Below the pieces are notes generated by a model. The model was not told the origin of the DNA, searched no databases, and saw only the letters and a program-made list of their open reading frames with translations. From contig JBHGNT010000742.1 in the NCBI GenBank assembly GCA_043228905.1, forward strand, positions 1 through 16,522: 16,522 nt of DNA. Direction: 5' to 3'. The DNA is from Azolla caroliniana (Eukaryota > Plantae > Polypodiophyta). The translations under genes and the position numbers were made by a program. Shown piece after piece: positions 1 to 10,700 of the stretch; within the stretch, counting starts at the first letter, position 1; each line of letters begins with the position of its first letter.

Positions 1-616
1 CAGACGAGAACACAATTACGCGCGAGTTAGACAAAGAAGCGCGCTCGATCGGTTACAAAGACAACAATAGATTAGAGAATGTCACAATAAAACAAGGATA
101 CCACTTCCCAAGAGGAATCGATTACGACTAACAAGTGATTACAACCTTTTTGATATTACAATCGGCACGTTGGTGACCAACCAAACACATCCACGCACTC
201 ACACATAGCCGAGTTACGTAGTGGAGCCTCTACCGGAAGCACCTGGACTTTCCTCGCGAGCAGGGCAACCGACCAAAATCCTTCAGAGATCACACAGAAA
301 CAGTGCTCGATCCCCAATCCGACAATACCTCCCCCTTTCCCCCCCAAAAAACGCGATCCCCGCTAATCTTTCTCTCGTGCCTCTTATAGGCCGACAAGGG
401 AGGACTGTCACATCTCCCGTCACATCATCCTTATTCTTTGTCCCTTCGGGCAGAGATGCTTCGATTTCCAAGATATGTTCTATCTAATCTATTTACATCG
501 CGTTGACCTATTCTTAGCTATGTACAAGTTATTTTAATTCTGTGCGCCTATGTGTACGAGTCGGTTCATGCGCTCTGATCCCTCGGTTCCCTTTATGGTC
601 GGTTTTCTTCATGACA
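1..616 (-). mobile_element. LTR-retrotransposon long terminal repeat fragment, running off the left edge
   Basis: CpG-rich non-coding segment. On the minus strand it starts TGTCATGAAG at 616 (a typical LTR TG start) and has a TATA-like CCTATAAGAG near 382-391. Composition changes abruptly at 617. The other end and any TSD are outside the window. Confidence 0.4.
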
Positions 617-900
617 CCGGTTTCGGCTCAAACCAAACCGAACTGTTACAACGTGGCTTAACGGTTTATTGGTTCAAAAATAAATAAACCGTTTGGTTTG
701 GTTTCAAATGTTATGATTCGGTTTGGTTTCAGTTCGGTTTTCCGATTCCCTTTATGGCCGGTTTTCTTCATGACACCGGTTTCGGCTCAAACTAAATCGA
801 ACCGTCAAAACGTGGCTTAACGGTTTATTGGTTCAAAAATAAATAAACCGTTTGGTTTGGTTTCAAATGTTATGATTCGGTTTGGTTTCAGTTCGGTTTT
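584..900. repeat. Two-copy tandem duplication, 159-bp unit (584-742, 743-900)
   Basis: Direct alignment shows about 7 substitutions, all in the first ~70 bp, and the last ~90 bp are identical. Each copy holds an 11-bp inverted repeat AACGGTTTATT/AATAAACCGTT (660-693, 819-852). Confidence 0.95.
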
Positions 901-1332
901 GAATTTCATGGTTTAGCGGTTTCAATTTTTGTGGTTTGGTTTAAAGGTTTATAGGTTAAAAAATATTCCTAAATTTTCACCTCTAGGCTAACTTTCAACT
1001 TTTAATTTTAAACCGCTAGGCTCTAACTTATTAAATTTTATATACATTATAAGTAAAGTGTCCTTTTGATTCATGATTATCAAATTTATGATAAGTATGA
1101 TAACCAAATTTATAATATGTATGATGACTAAATTTATAATATGTATGATGACCAAAATTATAATAAGTGTGATAACTAAATTTATGATAAGTATGATAAC
1201 CAAATTTATCATGATTTTCTCACATAAATTCATAATATGTATGATAATCAATATCTCAAAAAAATGGTTTGGTTTGGTTTGGTTTCAAGGCCAAGAAATA
1301 GAAACCGAACTGAGCCCATTGCTAGTGCCATA
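617..1332. mobile_element. GGTTT/AACCG-motif-rich non-autonomous DNA transposon (MITE-like) remnant
   Basis: Dense CGGTT/GGTTTGGTTT/AAACCGAAC motifs at both ends (617-950, 1265-1312) around an AT-rich core, resembling subterminal motif arrays of plant non-autonomous elements. TIR and TSD not resolved. Confidence 0.35.
1073..1252. repeat. 24-bp minisatellite, ~7.5 copies (consensus ATGATAACCAAATTTATAATATGT)
   Basis: Units start at 1073, 1097, 1121, 1145, 1169, 1193, 1217 (degenerate) and 1241. This explains the periodic ORFs 988-1251 and 1073-1360. Confidence 0.95.
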
Positions 1333-2572
1333 TACAAAGTGGCGCATTGCATGTTCATGATATTGTTGTTTTGCACCATAGACATGTCTAATGCAAATGG
1401 TGGGGCCGTATTTAATATGAAATATTACAATATCAATAATGGTTGAAATCGAAGATGTTCATCTAAGAGATGTTGGGTTCTAATCCTGAAAATCCTAGGA
1501 CAATGCTCATGACACCTACCATGATATTTTATACCTCCAAATGCAAACTCATCTCATTTGCGTCAAGCCAGAAGACGATGTTACTGAACAATACTTTCAC
1601 ATCTGCACATGATTCTTATATTCAAATAAGGAAGTACATTATGTGTGGTGGATAATTACTCCTAACTTGCTCTATTTAATGTTATAACTTGGATCTTCTT
1701 GAGAGGGGTCAATTTGCAATTACAAGCTCTTTACTTCTAAATTCTAATTTAAGTTGCTTTTATAACCATGTACATATTTACAAAAATGGCCTTGGCCAAA
1801 ATATACAAATCTCTACTAGAAGACGACCAATATTTCAATCTAGATCATTTGGATAACCACATATGTATCTTTCCAGAATTCCAATTGTATCATTTTAACA
1901 TTAGTTAATCTAGTCATAAAGTTCTTGCCTCGTCAAAGGACTTTATGACTAACTATGGTTGGTAAATGTTCACCTTCTTTGCTTTGTCTATACAAAGAGG
2001 GTTTATACGGCCCATGGGCCTTTACATCTATGCTACACTGCTCCGTCGAGCTTGCCTAGTTTAAGGCCCTATAAAGCTATTTTTGAGCCAACTTGAAAGT
2101 GCGACCCCAACCACTATGAACAAATTATGTCACAACGTTGACAATAACAAAAGCCCGACACAAATTTGGAGTGTAGGGAGCCCCTTATAGTATCGAACGG
2201 GACTCATGCAAATCAAACAGGTCATTGGTATTTCCTAAAATAGTGTGTGGAGTAGCAGACTTGTCCTGTCCTGTGGGTCGCCGACAATAAATTCCAAGAT
2301 ATATCGAGCCATGTTCTACTGAGGCTATAGTGGCAAATAGAAAAATCGGCATGTCTCGACCGCGAGAAATCGCAAGCGGGAATGGTACAAAAGCAAGGTT
2401 CTATAATCATCCTTTTTGTGGATTATCTACATAATAACTAATGTTTCATTTCATGTTGGATCTAGTTTACATGTATGTGTTATGTACTGTACACTATGTG
2501 TCTCTAAATACTTGGGGCTCTCTTCAAGATAATAATAACTCTCAGGAGCAGAGCAGACATAGAGATAGAGGA

Positions 2573-3179
2573 ATGGACGCTCAATCTCTGCCCATGACCT
2601 TAGCAGGAGGAGGAGGAGTCCTAATCTCCTTGAATTCAAGGCTTTCCCCTCTGCCTTCGTCTTCCACTCGTCTCTCCTCCTTCGCAGTGCCTCTCAGAAA
2701 ACCGAAATTTCCTCTTGCCATCCGAGGTAAAATCCACCCTACATATCGTTATTTCTTGCTTGATTTGTTTTCATTTCATTCACTTTATTTTCTCCCCCTC
2801 TCTCTCTGTCTCTCTCTCTCTAGCATCATCAACACCAGCAAGGAGGACATGTATTACATTCCATGTGGATAACACCAGCATTAAGGTACCATTGTCACAA
2901 GATGCAGCAAAGGGTCTATCGAAAGCCATTGATGATGTGCTTAATACATTCCGTGAGAAGGAGAAAGCTGAAAGACCCAAGAGATGGGAAAGCATGGAGT
3001 TTCGGCATGATGAAGATGGCGTCTTTGTTGAGGCCTTTTGTAACCCTAATGCTTATGCCAACCCTTTCCAAGCTAAGGTATTGATTACTCTTAATGACGA
3101 CAAGTTAAAGATCTCAACCGAGGGTCAACTGAGTACTATCAAAGCTGAGGTCGACCAATATGTGAAAGCCATTTTGTAA
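2573..3179 (+). CDS. Nuclear-encoded, probably chloroplast-targeted uncharacterised protein of cyanobacterial type, 169 aa; join(2573..2726,2824..3179)
   Basis: ATG at 2573. A phase-1, 97-bp intron (2727-2823; donor GAG|GTAAAA, CT-rich tract then TAG| acceptor) joins ORFs 2441..2872 and 2715..3179 in frame (510 nt). The N-terminus is Ser-rich and acid-poor and ends IRA/SS, like a transit peptide. The mature part has MEFRHDEDGVFVEAFCNPNAYANPFQAKVLITLNDDKLKISTEGQL, which I recall as resembling a small cyanobacterial hypothetical family (not database-verified). Confidence 0.88.
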
Positions 3180-3322
3180 GCCATCATTGAAGTATCATCA
3201 TTATTTATTCTATTTAAGAAAATAGTGTGTTCTTGTGTGAGACATTTTATAATCGGCATGGCATTGAAGAGCTGTTTTTCTAATTATTTACATGGTTAAT
3301 ACCTTCAGTGGAGAATGGAAGG

Positions 3323-3710
3323 AACATATCCCCTTCGTTATGGCATGTGAAATAATGATGGTGTGTTACACTAGATCAAAAGCTCTTGTAGTCATTCTTA
3401 TCGCAGTCATATTCGAGTATTGTATAGCTTTTCAGACCAAGATTTTAGTAAATCTTATTTTCTTGCTGTTAATCAAAGATGCTTATGCTAGAAATAGGGT
3501 AAAAGATACTGGTTATTAACATATCCCCATTGTTATGGCTTGTGAATTATTGATGTTTTGTTACACTACATCAAAAGCTGCTGTAGTCATTCTTATCGCA
3601 ATACTATTCGAGTACTGTATAGCTTTTCAGACTAAGATTTTAGTAAATTTTATGCTTGCTGTTAAACAAAGATGCTTATGCTAGAAATGGGGGTAAAAGA
3701 TTCTGGTTGT
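3323..3710. repeat. Two-copy tandem duplication, ~195-bp unit (3323-3517, 3518-3710)
   Basis: Both copies start AACATATCCCC and end GGGTAAAAGAT(A/T)CTGGTT. They are colinear with scattered substitutions. Confidence 0.93.
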
Positions 3711-3858
3711 CTCCAAAGCGGAGCTCTAAATCCATCCTAAAAGTTGTATAAAGAAGAAAGAGATTTTGTTATCACCTGAAAAGGACTAAGAGGAAGAATG
3801 ACAACAAGGAGATGACAATGCCGACCAAAGGATGGTGTAGAAATATCACAAACAAAAA

Positions 3859-4470
3859 GTGGCCATAAGAGAGCTTTTATGCTTATGTTAGATAGATTCA
3901 AGCATAGGGTGATAACAAAGTTTTTGGAGTTGCAATGAGAAATGAGATGCCAAAAGGAGTTGCAATGAGAAGTTGATCCACTTCCCACTGAGATGATCCA
4001 GTGCCAAAGGATAATGTTTGAGTCATCTTGGGGCGAGATAAAGCAAAGTTTCCCTAAATGGAGAAATCAATGTGAATTTCAGAGAGCTTTTATACTCATG
4101 TTAGAAAGGTTCAAGAATGTGGCCATAGGAGAGCTTTTATGCTTATGTTAGATAGATTCAAGAACAAGGTGACAACAAAGTTTACGGAGTTGCAATGAGG
4201 ATTAACATGCCCACAAAGAGGCAATGACTATTTCAGAGTGTGATAACTTCCCACTGAGATGATCCAGTTGCAAAAGGTAATGTTTCAGTCATCTTGAGGC
4301 GACATCAAGCAGAGTTTTCCTAAATGGAGAAACCATGTGAATGACCATGCCAGGATGTGACAAATTGATCCAATTCCCACTGGCATGATCTAGTGGCAAA
4401 AGGTAATATAGTCATCTTGGGCGAGATAAAACAAAGTTTTCCTAAATGGATGGAGAAATCAATGTGAATG
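3859..4470. repeat. Complex tandem repeat: ~260-bp unit twice (3859, 4119) plus a partial third copy (4365-4470) and an internal ~37-bp subrepeat (4081-4117)
   Basis: GTGGCCATA.GAGAGCTTTTATGCTTATGTTAGATAGATTCAAG occurs at 3859 and 4119. The block TTCCCACTG..ATGATC.AGT...AGTCATCTTG...CCTAAATGGA occurs three times. Confidence 0.9.
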
Positions 4471-4900
4471 TAATTTTTGAAGATAACATAATTGTATTAT
4501 GAGCACATCATGATACATACTTTCTGTTAGAAAGTCCCTAGAGAATGACAAAAATCGCAATAAAATGCTTCCTTTTTTGACAATGCCCATCCTCTAACAT
4601 GGGATATTTAGAACTATTCATACAATCAATGTTTTCTGCCACATAGGCATCATTCGAGAGACTCATTCTACACATTGTCTTCTTCCTTTACAAACTTGGC
4701 AACCATTTGTTCTACATCAATTTATAGAGTTGGTGAGTGGGTATCCTTGGTTGGCACCAACAGTACATAATATTGAAAAAATCTGAAATTCCTTCGCCCA
4801 ATCTTTTGCCCAGATGCACACGATGTATGGCTTTCTCATAGATTTGAGAATTGGCAAGCATATGTTCACTTGGTACATTGAGTTCTCATGCGTCTTTGAA

Positions 4901-4903
<3 letters not shown>

Positions 4904-4943
<40 letters not shown>
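4904..4943. repeat. (GA)20 microsatellite
   Basis: Read directly from the sequence. Confidence 0.98.
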
Positions 4944-4946
<3 letters not shown>

Positions 4947-5091
4947 GATTAGATTTTTTATCACCCTATGGGACTAAATACATATATCTTGTAAATACAT
5001 GTGCTCATGCTTCTCGATGGAGATTTGAGTATTGACACTATATGCTAAGCATCTGAGAAGTGATGATATAAGAGAGAGAAATGGGGCAGTT

Positions 5092-5305
5092 GTGGGGTTT
5101 GCTCTTAACATTAGGGAACATTTTGATAGCTCAAGCATTGGCACTAATTTATTTATTCTTAAAGCTCTATCTGATTATAACTAATGCTATGAAAGTATGT
5201 GGGGGCAGCTCTACCTTTGGGCAAACAACTAATAGCTCAAGCATTGGCAAACGATTTCTCCTTCTTTCTTAAATCTGTCTGATAATATAAGTCTTTGGAA
5301 GTATG
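5092..5305. repeat. Diverged two-copy tandem duplication, ~106-bp period
   Basis: ATAGCTCAAGCATTGGCA at 5126 and 5232, with matching TTCTTAAA..TCTGAT and AAGTATG blocks. Confidence 0.75.
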
Positions 5306-5865
5306 GAATGTGTTTGCATAGGCATTAGGGTTAAATTTTAATACGCATCAGTCTGTCTGTATCCGATGCATTGAGAATTTTGGTTGATCTTGGTTGGCAT
5401 GGGAAAATACTGGACCAAGTGAGTTTTGCTGGTGTTGCTATTTCACCCTCTCAAAGGTCAACTTGGATTTCACCCTAAACTTGAACAAAACCTTACTATT
5501 GATAAGTTCTAGAATGGATTTTTAGGAGAATGGTTTTAAAAGCACTTTTTTCCAACCCTTCGGTATTTCTCAAGTTTACCAAACATATGATTAAAATCAT
5601 CAATAAGTCCTACCAAAACATCTTTGTGAGCTTCATAAGTAAACTACCCTACCACAATGCCCTAACCCATTTAGATCCTCATGCCAACTCCACGATTGAA
5701 AATTAATGACATCTTCAGGTTCCCACCATTAACATAAAGCAGTACTAAAAACAAGTAAAATTGAATACTGCATGTTGTAAAAGGTGTAACCATGGCAACT
5801 AATTTATGTCAAGCTCCACCTATAAACTTGTTAATCAATAAGATAGGCATAAACATATGAGAAAT

Positions 5866-5985
5866 GAGACCTAATGCAAGTTCTTGCATAATCCTTATCT
5901 AAGTGAGACGTTCTATGCAAGTTATTCTGCAATCCTTGTCTAAGTGAGACATTCTAATGCAAGTCCCTGCAAAGTCCTTGTCTAA
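5866..5985. repeat. Three-copy ~40-bp tandem repeat
   Basis: Units GAGAC...ATGCAAGT...TCCTT(A/G)TCTAA start at 5866, 5905 and 5946. Confidence 0.88.
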
Positions 5986-6509
5986 TACAGCCAACAGCCA
6001 ACAGCCACTAAAAATGCCCAAGCAATCAGGAGGGGTTGGATGTGTAGCCTTCTTAGTCTTGATGAGTAATAAGTTGAGGATAGATTTAAGTTATTATGGA
6101 AATGCTGTATGAGTAAGGTTGTGTTCAAAAGATCAAGCCAACAATTATGGGACAAACATTTAAACACAAGTTCAATGGGAGGCAATCAGAACATGCCTTA
6201 ATTGTTTCATGCCACCCAATGTTTTAATGTCTTCTTGGCTTCAGCATGACCCTAACAGTAAACAAAGTTGCTATAGAACATGGCAGTTACGAGGTAATAA
6301 TGTACAAAAAGTTGTCTTAATAGCTAATACATATGAGCTATATCAACAATTTTATAACCATCTATCTTACAAGAATGTGGCAAAGTAGTAATCAACAAGA
6401 TTTCTTTCAATAACAGAAATTTAGTGGATTCAGGACGAACTATATATATTTCTATACGAGTTTTCACTCGCAATAAAAAAATCAATGAATAATCCCGAAC
6501 ACTAATTTC

Positions 6510-6750
6510 CTACAAGCGCGAGGCAAGTGTGTATGTTCTTTCAGAGAGTTGTGTCTTTTCACATTTGCATTCTGTAAGACTGCTCATGACAAAATTCAGG
6601 ACAACTGTGGCCAACAACCGTTGATGTTGTCGGAAATAATGATCAGCATCCTCCAGAATTACTAGCTTATGGTTCTTTATCAATCTGTCAAAATCATTTG
6701 CCTCCTCAACACTCACAGTCTCATCCTTGGAACCATGTGCTGTTAAAACC
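6510..6750 (-). CDS. Alpha/beta-hydrolase coding exon 6 (VLTAHGSKD...DADH...SRL*)
   Basis: Acceptor TTTTAG| at 6751; contains the catalytic Asp and His; stop TAG at 6512-6510. Confidence 0.93.
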
Positions 6751-7687
6751 CTAAAACAGATGCAAAAATTCATCAGAGGATTTTTGGAATAATGCCAATC
6801 ATTGGCTGACATAAACCATGTTATTCTCACTAATGCCAATAAAAGAAAATTGCTTTTTCATAATAATATTCTATCTTAAATTTGGTATATGCTCTTTTTT
6901 AATAGCTTAGTCAGCAAAATCAAAACATACTGGCAATGTTCTGATATGGAGATCAAGGCTTTTTCCATATTAGTGCTTAATCGTTCCTTTAGACTATGCT
7001 TTGTGACACGGTAAATCAAATTTCCTGTTAGAGATACAGAAAATGTATCATACCATCGGAAGAATTTTATATGAAAAAGGAAAACTATGTCTCTAGAAAA
7101 TGAATAGATACCTGATCGATCTTTCACATCCACATAACCTTGTCTCTCCATCACTTCAGAATAATTTGTTCCCAAACGCTTACTAATTCCTCTTTCCAAA
7201 TGAAACCTGCCGCTTATGTTTATGACCATACTCACGTCCTTGTATTTGGACGCATATAAAAGCACCGCATTTCCACCTGCACAAAATATGAATTGTATCT
7301 TATAGATAGGAATTTTAACATTAGCACCCAAGATCAACAAAAACAAGTTAAATTTCTAAACATGAAACCTATAATGGAAATACACCTTTGCTATGTCCTA
7401 CAAGAACATTGACCTTGGATCCAAAACTTCTTAAATAGCATATAACACATCTGAGATCTTCTGCATCTTCCCAATAGTTGCCGTATCGAAACTCCCCTTC
7501 ACTTTCCCTGATATAAATAATAACATACAAGAATAAATCTATAGTAAACTATAACACATTCATACACAGCATTAAAGAAATATGTTAAGGCATACCCAGA
7601 TCCAGCAAAATCAAATCTGAAAGTGCTCATGCCATTTGACACAAAATCTGATGCTAAATTCACAACTACAGCATCTTCCTGAAGAAA

Positions 7688-7771
<84 letters not shown>

Positions 7772-10700
7772 TGAAAACACACAATTATATTAATAAATGC
7801 ATGGGAAAAACACTAGTTACAATGGGTGTCACAATGGAGTATGGTCACCCACTAACTACAGGGGTAGTGGAACATGTTGAATAGCCAATTGGCAACACGA
7901 ACACTCCACTGAGGACAGAATTTTCACTTCTCCAATAAAGAAAATTGCCACATCAGTACTCCCTCTCTCTCCCCTCTCTCTCAATCAATCTATCTCTCTC
8001 TCTCTCCATCTATCTATCTATCTATATACTTATATACTCTGTAAAAGGTATTGTATAATGAAATAAGGAGAATACACGTAGTTATGCATTAACATGGTCA
8101 CTACAAGGTTCTCCATGGACTAGCATGCAGGCACTGATCCTCAAGTAGAATATTATAATGAAACAAACCACCAAAGACGAAGACCGATGCCCGTTCAACT
8201 GGTTGATGTACCCAACTGCCATGTTGTGTATAATAAAAGAATGCATTCTCTCTCTGCCAACTCCTAAAGATGTATCCTGCTCAGATCTCATCTTCTCATC
8301 AATCATTTCTACAATACAGATGCGCACAAAAGCAACCCCAATTACCCATCGAGAAAGAAGAAAAACGACTTTCCACTAGATGCTACCGTTCCTCTGCATG
8401 CCACCACCCAATCTATCATAATATATGCATCCTTACCTGCTCCTTATGTCCCCCTAGGCCTACTCTCTGCATGTGGGTTGAATCATGATGTTCATTACCC
8501 AAACCCAACACCCACTCACCAACATGCATGCATATAATTAGATAGGCTACATGAGGGAGATTAAGAGGGATATTGAGTTAAAAAGATAGTGCAGTGAGAT
8601 GTGAAATTCAGATTATGTTTTATTCATCACATTATGTTACTTCCCTCACAGGGGATCAAAAAATATGCAGAAGCAAACAATGATAATCAACTAGAGTCAC
8701 CCTGCACTTTCATATCTGAGGGCATTAAAGAGCATTCAACTCGTGGTGACACATGCCTTAAGGAAACATCCATCATAATGGAAAATGGAGATGTTATACC
8801 TATGGCAGAGAAGAACTGGAGATGGTGCACTCAGTGTAGTTTGCAATCTTTCCTAAACGGTCCAAATGCTTTTTTCCAGATGTGGTTTTCTTAATATAGG
8901 AGTACCACATTACATCGTTCACTTCTAAAACAATAGGCATTATCAAGATTTGAGTATATATATAATGTGAACTGTCATCTACATCATCCAGTTCATCCAT
9001 GATCTTGCATTACCATACACTTCACTCATTATTTAGCATTATTACTTACTCCACCAGTGATTAAGCATGAACTTTTACTCCATGCTTCCTCAAAGTACTC
9101 ACCATCTCGACCCAGTCACGTCTTTCAATGCTCTCACCTCCCAATCTCCAGTATAGACCACACCTACACCATCAACATTTTCCCACCATATGACCTTCAC
9201 AGGAACATGCCCCAAAAACCATTGGTGCAACGAGGAACGCAAATGGATATATCTGTAACTTCATACTAGGTAACCAACCCACAATCAAATCAGAAACCTC
9301 ACTTCCAAAAACGGCAATCTATGAGGAAGCACAATATTGGGATCTCTACCATCCCTTCCTGAGCAACGGCTCAGCCACTGCATAAAGATATATTAGAGAA
9401 CCTTGATTATCATAAAGCCAAATGGTTCACAACTGAATCATTCTTATGCAAAGAGCTAGTATCTTGTGCCTCACCAAATTCCGTACAACAATCATCATTT
9501 TCTCACCTTACTACCTTCACCTTTTTCATAAAAGGTGGAGAAGACCATCTCCCCTTCAGCAAGGACTAAAAGTGAACACCTCATATATACAGTAAGCAAA
9601 TTTGCAACATGGCCTCACAGTGAGCTTGAGAACATTGCCTTCATCTATGGTGTAGCCTTATAGGATCCAATCCTCACATCCATATGTGGATACAAATGAA
9701 GCACTATACTCCTATTGTGATATATGATACATAGGCAAAGCTTCCATCATGCACGACATCATTCTAGCTGACTGAATTGGCTTCCCCTCTATGACAGTAG
9801 AAGCATTGTTCCAGACAATGAACCTAACCTCATCGACATCCAAACCATGCTACTTTAAAGAATCACAGGTAAGGCATTCGGAAGCAACATAGGAAGTGAC
9901 TGAAACCAACATGGTTCATGGTAATCACAAACGATGAAGCAGTTCAACAACCTTATGCTAATCCACACCCTTCTGAGATGATGAAAGGAACATAATCTTG
10001 CTGCAAGATCTATGGAAATTCTACACTCAAAAGACTTGGAGCACACCGTAAGATATACTACAATAACTATAGTGCTCACAAAGAAATACAACTCAGAGTT
10101 TCGTCCATTTCCATACCCACCAACTGGTGATTGAAGTAAGACAAGCACTCCCATACCTAGGGCTGACAATCTTTGCACATTTCTGTAGATGCCCAGCTAA
10201 TAAGCACATTACATAGAAGTATGTCACACTCTTAGGTAAGTACAGTACCTTCCAAACAAATGGATAATGCTGAAAAGCATTACTTTGGCTAAGGCTTGCT
10301 CAAGGTTCAAAAGGATACAGAATCAACCTTATATTACCACATGGGCACAGACGCAATCACAAATAATTGACTTCTTCCATAGATCACATCTCCACCAACA
10401 TGCCAACTCTCGAGAAGGCACCACTGAGCAAGCAGAAGAATGAGGTCAGAGAACACAACTGGGATATACTGCACATGGTCCATACCAGCAACTGATCATA
10501 GAATTTATTGCTAGCCATTTAGGGCATCTAGATACACTCAGAGTAATTTGTCCACCACACCAATCAACATTAGACACCATTTCCCCTAACCAGCACCCAT
10601 ACATAATAGCTCCAAAATTCATGCTAGTAAAACAATCTCAAGAAATTTTAACAATTGTAAACCACCACATATATAAACATCATCATCATGGAACCATATT

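Noticed and set aside
1073-1252. CRISPR-like periodicity (also 5866-5985)
   Set aside because: The units are head-to-tail with no unique spacers, there are no cas genes, and the context is eukaryotic.
988-1360. Periodic Ile/Met-rich ORFs on both strands
   Set aside because: They are translations of a 24-bp AT-rich minisatellite, with no splice or gene context.
2441-2572. Upstream in-frame extension of gene 1 from ATG 2441
   Set aside because: It is AT-rich promoter/UTR-like sequence that would bury the transit peptide. ATG 2573 has good context (GGAATGG).
2727-2872. Hydrophobic tail of ORF 2441..2872 and N-terminus of ORF 2715..3179
   Set aside because: Both are read-through of the 97-bp intron or the wrong frame of exon 2.
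3323-4470. Tandem snoRNA cluster
   Set aside because: No properly paired C (RTGATGA) and D (CTGA) boxes with terminal stems, and no H/ACA layout, were seen in the repeat units.
7636-7884. ORFs with poly-LS or poly-RE runs (also 4814-5035, 12140-12409)
   Set aside because: They are microsatellite translations.
8601-9269. Gypsy RNase H-like reading (GPNAFF, DH..IF)
   Set aside because: The TDAS and ELLA motifs are absent, and the flanking fragments fit a LINE C-terminus better.
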